A stretch of DNA of 32,000 bases, from the NCBI RefSeq assembly GCF_000023965.1, contig NC_013202.1, forward strand, positions 480,001-512,000. The letters are read 5' to 3'. Source of the DNA: Halomicrobium mukohataei DSM 12286. GTDB taxonomy: Archaea > Halobacteriota > Halobacteria > Halobacteriales > Haloarculaceae. A model generated the notes under the pieces. The model saw nothing but the letters and a program-made list of their open reading frames with translations. It had not been told where the DNA came from and ran no database searches. The translations under genes were made by a program, and so were the position numbers. This document shows positions 19,064 to 25,882 of the stretch, in pieces. Numbering within the stretch: position 1 is the first letter of the stretch; every line of letters begins with the position of its first letter.

Positions 19064-19081
19064 GTACTCCGAAGCGAGTAC
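19064..19081. promoter_or_regulatory. perfect inverted repeat GTACTC-N6-GAGTAC (= TACT-N7-GAGTA), a candidate TrmB-type operator
   Basis: It lies in the divergent aminopeptidase/gap promoter region, upstream of both putative TATA boxes. It matches the remembered Halobacterium TrmB motif TACT-N7-8-GAGTA. Confidence 0.4.
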
Positions 19082-19105
19082 ATTTCTATCACTAACAATC
19101 ATAAA

Positions 19106-19113
19106 GAATATAG
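19106..19113 (+). promoter_or_regulatory. TATA box GAATATAG for gap
   Basis: Centred about 27 nt upstream of ATG 19137, inside the AT-rich stretch 19081-19113. Confidence 0.5.
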
Positions 19114-19136
19114 TCGCCACCGGCGAACCTCCGTGT

Positions 19137-20219
19137 ATGCTCCGCGTGGGCATCAACGGCTTTGGCACCATCGGGAAACGGGTCGCCGACGCCGTTCGTG
19201 CACAACCAGATATGACGGTCGCCGGAGTCGCCAAACGAACGCCCGACTACGAGGCCGAGATCGCTCGTGATCGGGGCTACTCGCTTTTTGCCGCCGCAGA
19301 GACGACGCCGTTTACTGCGGCCGGAATCGACGTTGCAGGCCAGGTCCGCCAGCTCGTGGCTGCGAGCGACGTCGTCGTCGACGCGACGCCGGCCGGCGTC
19401 GGCGAGCGAAACCGCGCGCTGTACGAGGAGTTAGAGACGCCAGCGATCTACCAGGGCGGCGAAGACGCGAGCGTCGCGCCGGTCAGCTTCAACGCCAGGG
19501 CAAACTACGACGAGGCGGTCGGTGCCGACGCCGTCCGCGTCGTCTCGTGTAACACGACCGGGCTGTCACGTGTCCTGGCACCGCTGGAGGAACGCTACGG
19601 GATCGAGAAAGTCCGCGCGACGCTGGTCCGACGCGGCGGAGACCCCTCACAGACCGGACGCGGACCGATCAACGACACGCTGCCGGACCCCGTCTCGATC
19701 CCGTCCCACCACGCGCCGGACGTCAAGACGGTCTTCCCGGAGCTGTCGATCGACACCATGGGCATGAAGGTGCCCGCGACGCTGATGCACACCCACGCGA
19801 TCAACCTCACGCTCCGGGCGACGCCCACCGCCGAGGACGTCCGCGATCTGCTGACCGCCGAGGGGCGACTGCTGGTGATCCCGGAGCGGCTGGGCATCGA
19901 CGGCGCGGGCAAGCTCAAAGAGTACACCCGTGACGCGGGCCGACCCCGCGGCGACGTGTGGGAGAACTGCATCTGGGCCGAGTCCCTGACCGTCGAACCC
20001 CTGTCGGACGGCCGCGCGGACTGTTACCTGTTCCAGGCAATCCACCAGGAGGCCGACGTGGTCCCCGAAAACGTCGACGCCATCCGGGCGATCGCCGGCC
20101 TCGCCGACGGTCCCGAGAGCGTCGAGCGCACCAACGAGGCCCTGGGGATCGGCTGCGGGCTCGCGGGGATAGAGCCCGACACGACCGCGCCGGCCCGCGA
20201 CGCTGCGAGCGACGACTGA
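19137..20219 (+). CDS. gap: type II (archaeal) phosphorylating glyceraldehyde-3-phosphate dehydrogenase
   Basis: [20 protein letters not shown].. , the catalytic VSCNTTGL, and ..IPSHHAPDV.. . Confidence 0.95.
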   Translation: MLRVGINGFGTIGKRVADAVRAQPDMTVAGVAKRTPDYEAEIARDRGYSLFAAAETTPFTAAGIDVAGQVRQLVAASDVVVDATPAGVGERNRALYEELETPAIYQGGEDASVAPVSFNARANYDEAVGADAVRVVSCNTTGLSRVLAPLEERYGIEKVRATLVRRGGDPSQTGRGPINDTLPDPVSIPSHHAPDVKTVFPELSIDTMGMKVPATLMHTHAINLTLRATPTAEDVRDLLTAEGRLLVIPERLGIDGAGKLKEYTRDAGRPRGDVWENCIWAESLTVEPLSDGRADCYLFQAIHQEADVVPENVDAIRAIAGLADGPESVERTNEALGIGCGLAGIEPDTTAPARDAASDD

Positions 20220-20285
20220 TACTGCCGGCAGTCACTTCGAGACTCGCCACTGGGGTTGCGAGATCGTTCGCAAACAGCCGACAGT
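20220..20285. repeat. 66-nt imperfect palindromic element (copy A) filling the convergent gap/phosphoesterase spacer
   Basis: TACTGCCGGCAGTCACT..TCGAGA..CTCGC-N10-GCGAG..TTGCGA-N6-TCGCAA..ACAGCCGACAGT. Both arms and the inner hairpin are homologous to 27150-27225. Confidence 0.8.
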
Positions 20286-20289
20286 ACGC

Positions 20290-20778
20290 TCAGAGCCGGT
20301 GGAACTCGATCTCGCCCGACTCGGTGTCGAGGACGGCGACGTGAAGCGGTTCTGGTGCGGCCTCGATCGGGATGCCACCGGGGTTGATCCGGACGGTGCC
20401 ACCGTGTTCTTCGAGCACGCGCTCGTGGGTGTGCCCGTGGAGGACGTAGTCGTAGTTGCCACACCCCACCAGCGCGTCGACGATCGCGGGGCTGGTGCCG
20501 TGGTAGACGGCCACCTCGACCCCGTCCAGAGTCAGCTCACCCATCTCACCGAGGTAGGTGCCGAACTCGTCGATCTGGGCGGCGAGTGCCCACTCGCCGT
20601 CGTTGTTCCCCCGGACCGCGTAGAAGTCGAACGCTCGCTCGAAGGGGGCAGCCGAGAACGGGGCGACGAAGTCACCGCAGTGGACGACGGCGTCGACGCC
20701 GACGGCGTCGAACTGCTCGATCGCTGCCGCGACGAGATCCGTGTCGTCGTGCGTGTCCGAGACGATCCCAACGTGCAT
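20290..20778 (-). CDS. MJ0936/YfcE-family metallophosphoesterase
   Basis: MHVGIVSDTHD.. , ..HCGDF.. , ..GNND.. and ..HGHTH.. are the calcineurin-like motifs. Start at ATG 20778 with AATAT about 27 nt upstream. Confidence 0.87.
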   Translation of the reverse strand: MHVGIVSDTHDDTDLVAAAIEQFDAVGVDAVVHCGDFVAPFSAAPFERAFDFYAVRGNNDGEWALAAQIDEFGTYLGEMGELTLDGVEVAVYHGTSPAIVDALVGCGNYDYVLHGHTHERVLEEHGGTVRINPGGIPIEAAPEPLHVAVLDTESGEIEFHRL

Positions 20779-20895
20779 ACAGACAGGCGACGCCGGACCC
20801 CCATATTCGTACCGGCTACAGAACCGGGCCATAGAACCGACCGATCGAACAGCTAACTCTATTCCGAGCTCATTGTTTACTTTCTTTTGTACAAG

Positions 20896-20906
20896 AAATT
20901 TAATAG
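20896..20906 (+). promoter_or_regulatory. orphan TATA-like box AAATTTAATAG beside the palindrome TTGTACAA
   Basis: It lies in the most AT-rich patch of this spacer (20865-20915). It is not needed by the phosphoesterase gene, which has its own box. An ATG at 20927 lies 26 nt downstream. Confidence 0.3.
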
Positions 20907-21191
20907 TCGGCGACGTATTTCCGGGTATGAGACGCCCTTCGACCGGCCGTGACAGGACCGACGGTCTCGACGCAGCGTCAGACACTACCGCCGGCGACGT
21001 GCCGCAGAGAGAGGACGGCGACTGGGCCGCCCGTCACGGCCGCACGCGTCGCACCTGAGCGGTCCAGCGCTGTTGGCACGAACCAGTCCACCCACCACTC
21101 ACCCCCCACCATTCTCTCTTTCAGTTCGCGAGCGATCGGACAGTGAGAATGTCCCCAAAGACGCGCCGCAGACGACCGTTCACGAGAAGGA

Positions 21192-22367
21192 TCACCGCGT
21201 GACGACCCGAGCGAGCGCCTCGGGATCGTCGACGACCGACAGCACCTTCGTATCGTCGTCCCGGACGAGACGCACCGTCCCAAAGTCGTTCGAGAAGAAC
21301 GTACTCGCGATTCCGGACCCGACCCGGACGTCTGCGATTTCGTGACGGGCGACGCTCCATTGCGGCGCGTCCAGTCTGCGGTCGTACGCGACAACCACGT
21401 CGCCGTAGACGCGATACTCGACCGCCCCGTACGCGAGACGCGCGACGGGAATCTCCAGGACCGCGCGGCCCGCGACGAGCGCGACGACGGTCGAGACGGC
21501 GGCGACGAGACCGAACCAGAGGCCGACGCCGACAGAGACGAGCGCGACGAGGAACCCGTACGGCGGGAGCAGCGCTAGGAGCACCCCGAGTCCGAGCGCG
21601 TGCAGGACGACGCCGCGATCGTCGGTCCCCACCACCGTGATCGGCTCACCGTCGGGGACCGTGATTGGGTCGTCCGCCTCGACCTCCGGCTGCGCACCGT
21701 CGTCGGTCGTGGACGTCACGTCGAGGACGTCTGCGACGAGCTTCGCCGCGACCACGACCGCGAGCGTCGCCGTGAGTCCGACGCCCGCCGAGTCGGCGCC
21801 GGCACCGGCGATCGGGAGCAGGAACCCCGCGATGACGACGGCCATCCACCGGCGCCTCGAGAACGTCGACAGCGCGGAGTGGTGCTCGTACCGCTTCGCA
21901 CGGACGAATTCGGACAGCGTCCCCGCGTGTCGGACGACGACGATCACCGCGCCGACAACGACGCCGGGGAGCACGAGTCCTGCGAGCGAGCCAGACGATC
22001 TCGCGTACCCCCACACCAGTATCGCGACGACCCCGAGTCCGAACAGGACCCAGCCGGCGTTCAAGGCGAACGGGAGGTTCCGGGGATAGATCGGCGGCAA
22101 CCAGTCCACGAGGGTCACGCTGCCGCGTTTCTCACGGAGGCGCTCCAGTGGCACCTGGATGCCGTAGAAGTCGTCGTCGACGGGCCGCGTCGCGAACAGT
22201 GCCTCGACTGACGAACGGGTGACGTACGCGACGGCCTCTATCCAGTAGAGCACGAGCACCGGGAGCAGTTCCCAGTCGAACGCGAAGACGCCGACGAGCG
22301 GCACGGCGTTCACCAAGAGAGCCAGTGCGACGGTCGAACGCCTGTGCGCCGGATTATCCGCCACCAT
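21192..22367 (-). CDS. multi-pass membrane protein: N-terminal DUF6498-like TM domain fused to a C-terminal 2-TM + bacterial-PH (YdbS/YdbT-like) module
   Basis: The N-terminus ..ALLVNAVPLVGVFAFDWELLPVLVLYWIEAV.. resembles DUF6498 (from memory). The C-terminus has two TM helices and then ..YRVYGDVVVAYDRRL...WSVARHEIADVRV.....STFFSNDFGTVRLV.. , a bPH_2-like pattern. Confidence 0.78.
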   Translation of the reverse strand: MVADNPAHRRSTVALALLVNAVPLVGVFAFDWELLPVLVLYWIEAVAYVTRSSVEALFATRPVDDDFYGIQVPLERLREKRGSVTLVDWLPPIYPRNLPFALNAGWVLFGLGVVAILVWGYARSSGSLAGLVLPGVVVGAVIVVVRHAGTLSEFVRAKRYEHHSALSTFSRRRWMAVVIAGFLLPIAGAGADSAGVGLTATLAVVVAAKLVADVLDVTSTTDDGAQPEVEADDPITVPDGEPITVVGTDDRGVVLHALGLGVLLALLPPYGFLVALVSVGVGLWFGLVAAVSTVVALVAGRAVLEIPVARLAYGAVEYRVYGDVVVAYDRRLDAPQWSVARHEIADVRVGSGIASTFFSNDFGTVRLVRDDDTKVLSVVDDPEALARVVTR

Positions 22368-22390
22368 GCGATAATATTCGTTTATTCAAT

Positions 22391-22398
22391 ATAATAAA
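22391..22398 (-). promoter_or_regulatory. TATA box TTTATTAT for the membrane-protein gene
   Basis: Centred about 27 nt upstream of ATG 22367, within the AT-rich stretch 22368-22402. Confidence 0.45.
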
Positions 22399-22538
22399 CT
22401 TACCGAGACAAGACTGCATCGGGCGCCGGACGTGACGGCTTGCCGGACGGCGAATCCGGTGCTGGCCCTGACGAACCGGCGGGACAGCGAAGCGGGAGTC
22501 GCCACGGTGGCGGCTACTCGCCCACAGCGTCGGAGGTG

Positions 22539-24548
22539 TCAGCAGAATCCTGCCTGTGTCGGGTAGGTGTCCGAGCTACAGATGTCCTTTGCGTCCGGTA
22601 GCGCGGAGATGGTGAGCGAACAGATCGCGCCACCCAGGACCGCACACGGCACCGTCCCGAGGCCGAGCGTCGTCAGCGAGAACGCGCCACAGAACGCGGC
22701 GACGCCGTACCCGCAGAGCCCGACGTCCAGCGATAGTCGGATGAACGCGACACAGGCGCCACAGTCGTAGTTCTCGTCGCCGATAGCCTCGAACACGCCG
22801 CTCCCGACGAGAGAGATCATCGACGAGTACCCGGTGATCCTGAGCTTCCACAGGGCCTTGATTTTGAAGTCGTCGATGAACTTGGTCGCGAGCGACTGGA
22901 AGGAGTTGATCGTGTTCGCGACGATCTTGCCACCCGTCACCGCGATCTCGGACGAGGACACGTCGGCGTACTCGATGGCTTCCGCCAGATAGTCGGCACT
23001 AACGTCCTGGATGCCGTCAGAGACGTCCTTCAGACCGTCGTAGATATCACCGATCCAGTCGCCCCAGGGGATGGTGGGGATCCAGTCGCCTTGCGTCTCG
23101 GGTTGGGTCGTCTCGGGCGCGTCGAACTCGTACGTCTCCGTCGAGAGGCCGGCGGCAGCCGTCGAGAGAGAGCCGACCTCAAGCGTGTCGTGACGGAACT
23201 GTTCGATGTTGCCGGCGTCGTTGCGCCACTGGTAGGTGTTCTTGCCGGCGACGACGTCGTCGGTGTCGTGGCGCTTCGTGACGCTGACCGTGCCCTCGTC
23301 ACCCGTTTCGAGGTCGGTGAGTTTGAACGTCACCGAATCGACCGGGTCGGTCGCCGTGTCGGAGGTGATCGTGTAGAGGCCGTCGGCGTCGTGTCGGATT
23401 CGTCCCTCCACCGCCGACGCGAGCTGGTCGTAGGCATCGAGACGCTCGAATTTGGCGGCCATCTGGAGTCTCGCCGAGGACTGCGCGCTCTCGTAGGCCA
23501 TGTAGTCGAACGACACGGTCATCCGCGCGATGCCGACCGACGTGACGTCGCCGAAGTACTGAATCCGTTCGGTCTCGCCGGCAGCGACGGTGACCGTCGG
23601 GTTCTTGTGGACTTCTTCCTCGTAGATGAACGCCTCCGTCGACTCGGTGCTGAACTCGACCGAGCGGTTCTCGGGGGCCGTACAGACCACGCGCTTGGAC
23701 TCGGGGACGATTTCGACGGTCGCGCCGCTCTCGTGTTCGATACGCTCGACGCGCCCGTCGTAGCGCGCGGTCGTCCCGCGCTGGGTCGAGTAGGCACTGA
23801 CGCTGCCGTCTTCGACGCTCGCGTGGGCGTGGTCGCTGTCCGCGTCGCCCGACACCTCGACGGTGACGCCCCGTCCATCTCCGGAGATCTCCATCTCGCC
23901 GGGGAGCGAGGCCGGCAGTGCGTCGTCGGGTTCGAGTTTCTGGTCGTCCCTGCGGACCCAGACCTGGTCGGAGGCGTCGAAGTACGTGAGTTCCCCCGCG
24001 TACGAGATGTCGGTTCGTCCATTGATGGTCCCGCGGACGGTGCGAGCGTTCGGCTTCTCGAGTTCGTCGTCGTCGGCTTCGACACGCCCGCTGGCGGAGA
24101 TGTCGACGTCGACGTGGCCCGGCGCGATGACGGTGAGTGTCTGCTGGGGGAACGCGTCGGGGTCGACGGAGTCGCCGTCGACGACGACCTCCGCCCCGCC
24201 GGAGACGTCGAGTTCGGTGAACTCACCGGAGAAATCGTATGAGTGTGTCTCCCCCTCGATCGTGGCGGTGGCCGCGCCAGCGTCGAGGGATTCGCTCGGA
24301 GCGTCGGTCGCGGAGACGAGTCCGGTGACGGAGAACGTGTAACTGGCCTCACCGCTCGCACGGATGGAGACGCTTCGCGTGACCTCACTGGCAGCGAGCG
24401 AGGGTGTGCCGCGTTCGGTGATGTCGTTGAGACTCGCGTCGGACGCGGCACCAGCCGTGGAAGCACCGATTGCGGTCGCACCGGCGACAGCAATCCCTCG
24501 GAGGACTTCGCGTCGAGACTTGTTCTGATTGTTGTCGTCTGACGACAT
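22539..24548 (-). CDS. Tat-secreted 669-aa protein with a halocin C8-like Cys-rich hydrophobic C-terminal domain (candidate pro-halocin)
   Basis: The twin-arginine signal is NKSRREVLRGIAVAGATAIGASTAGAAS. The middle is acidic and beta-rich. The last ~75 aa (..YDCGACVAFIRLSLDVGLCGYGVAAFCGAFSLTTLGLGTVPCAVLGGAICSLTISALPDAKDICSSDTYPTQAGFC) hold 8 Cys. The ORF call is solid. The function is inferred. Confidence 0.85.
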   Translation of the reverse strand: MSSDDNNQNKSRREVLRGIAVAGATAIGASTAGAASDASLNDITERGTPSLAASEVTRSVSIRASGEASYTFSVTGLVSATDAPSESLDAGAATATIEGETHSYDFSGEFTELDVSGGAEVVVDGDSVDPDAFPQQTLTVIAPGHVDVDISASGRVEADDDELEKPNARTVRGTINGRTDISYAGELTYFDASDQVWVRRDDQKLEPDDALPASLPGEMEISGDGRGVTVEVSGDADSDHAHASVEDGSVSAYSTQRGTTARYDGRVERIEHESGATVEIVPESKRVVCTAPENRSVEFSTESTEAFIYEEEVHKNPTVTVAAGETERIQYFGDVTSVGIARMTVSFDYMAYESAQSSARLQMAAKFERLDAYDQLASAVEGRIRHDADGLYTITSDTATDPVDSVTFKLTDLETGDEGTVSVTKRHDTDDVVAGKNTYQWRNDAGNIEQFRHDTLEVGSLSTAAAGLSTETYEFDAPETTQPETQGDWIPTIPWGDWIGDIYDGLKDVSDGIQDVSADYLAEAIEYADVSSSEIAVTGGKIVANTINSFQSLATKFIDDFKIKALWKLRITGYSSMISLVGSGVFEAIGDENYDCGACVAFIRLSLDVGLCGYGVAAFCGAFSLTTLGLGTVPCAVLGGAICSLTISALPDAKDICSSDTYPTQAGFC

Positions 24549-24570
24549 ACAATACCAACTTTTTCCACTG

Positions 24571-24580
24571 GATAATATAA
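24571..24580 (-). promoter_or_regulatory. TATA box TTATATTATC for the halocin-like gene
   Basis: Centred 28 nt upstream of ATG 24548 and bracketed by AATACCAA (24551-24558) and TTGGTATT (24582-24589). Confidence 0.5.
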
Positions 24581-24676
24581 TTTGGTATTAATATTCCAAT
24601 AAGAATAATTAATCGGGCAGGACGCCAGCGGGTGACGCCCCTCCGAGGACCGGTTGTCAGCACCGCCTCCGAACGG

Positions 24677-25717
24677 CTACGGGCCCTGGTCGAGGAGTGA
24701 CTCGACGAGGGAGCGCTGACTCGCGACGAAGCGCTCGGCTCGCGGTCCCGACCAGTACGGCGCCCACGAGAGCGACGCGACGGTCGACAGCAGGAGGTAC
24801 AGACGGCGTCGCCGCCGGAAGGCCTCGTCGGTGGCCAGCGAGCGTCGATCGCGATACCCTTCGTAGAGCGACGCTCTCACACGCTGTCGTTTGTCACTCC
24901 CCAGCGGTGCCCATCCCGAGCAGTACTGTTCGGTCACGGCGAGTTCGAACTCGTCGTGGACGCTCCGTGCACCGCCCCAGTCAAGTACCGCGCGGACCCG
25001 ACCCGCGCCCTCGTCGACCACGACGTTCCGCGGCTGGTAGTCGTAATGAGCGAGGACCGGATCAACGTCCGGAAGCTCCGGGATCTCACTGTCGAGGACT
25101 GACTGGACCGTCGACGCCAGCCCGTCCAGTCGCGTGTCCCCCTCGATTTCCGCGGCGAGTTCCCAGAGCCACGACTGCCACGAGCTAGCCGGGTCAGTCA
25201 CGGTGAGCGTCCCGTCGTCGACGGTGATCGGACCGAACCCGGACACCGGTCCGCAGTCGTGCAGTGCCGCCAGGTGGCGCCCGGCCTGCCGGACGATGTC
25301 GTCGAGTATCCCATCGGGCCACCCGGTATCCCCGTTCTCCCGAGCGCTCGCCTGCGTCGGGGATCCACCCTCGACGTGCTCCATCACGAACGACGGAGCC
25401 GGCAGGTCGTCGGGTTGCAGGTGACTGCCATACACGTCGGGGACCGGGATCGAGGTGTGGTCGGCGACGTACCGGAGCAGTGCGGGCTCCCGACGGAGTC
25501 CCGTCGCGTCGCCCTCCACAGCGGCCTTGAACACGACGGTCCGCCGGTCACCCTCCTGGTCTCGGACGTCCACACGATACGTCGTCGCCGACCCGGTGCG
25601 CAACGGCTCCGCGTCCAGCACCTCACACTCGATGCCGGCGGCGGCGACCATCAGCGCAATCATCTGTTCGGAGAACGGGTCCGGGTCCCGTTCCTGGAGC
25701 GACGACGGTTCTCTCAT
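24677..25717 (-). CDS. APH/choline-kinase-family phosphotransferase
   Basis: ..HYDYQPRNVVVD.. (the HxDxxxxN catalytic loop) and ..AVLDWGGARSVHDEFELA.. (the D-W metal-binding motif). Start placed at ATG 25717 (MREPSSLQ..) because the upstream 33 codons run through AT-rich promoter-like sequence with a T5 box at -26 to -30. Confidence 0.78.
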   Translation of the reverse strand: MREPSSLQERDPDPFSEQMIALMVAAAGIECEVLDAEPLRTGSATTYRVDVRDQEGDRRTVVFKAAVEGDATGLRREPALLRYVADHTSIPVPDVYGSHLQPDDLPAPSFVMEHVEGGSPTQASARENGDTGWPDGILDDIVRQAGRHLAALHDCGPVSGFGPITVDDGTLTVTDPASSWQSWLWELAAEIEGDTRLDGLASTVQSVLDSEIPELPDVDPVLAHYDYQPRNVVVDEGAGRVRAVLDWGGARSVHDEFELAVTEQYCSGWAPLGSDKRQRVRASLYEGYRDRRSLATDEAFRRRRRLYLLLSTVASLSWAPYWSGPRAERFVASQRSLVESLLDQGP

Positions 25718-25882
25718 GGGCAAATAGTGTAAAACTACAGTCAAAAAGATGTCGGATAGATCTCCTGGCGACGCTGGGCTCTGGTCTGACATCATCGCTG
25801 CCACGTGACGCGACACCGATAGTCGCGCGCGTTATCGAGAACAGCGATGATCGAAAGCGACGCGATCCCCAGACCGAGCGCC

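Noticed and set aside
21080-21116. C-rich tract CCACCCACCACTCACCCCCCACC (G-rich on the minus strand) downstream of the membrane-protein gene as a G-quadruplex.
   Set aside because: The G-runs are mostly 2-3 nt and irregular. In a genome this GC-rich such tracts are expected by chance, and nothing else supports a function.
20779-25882. Direct repeats, target-site duplications or tRNA fragments delimiting the accessory block.
   Set aside because: By eye I compared the left (20779-21191) and right (25718-25882) junction regions and found only trivial short matches (AGCGAT-type). A proper dot-plot could still reveal something I missed.
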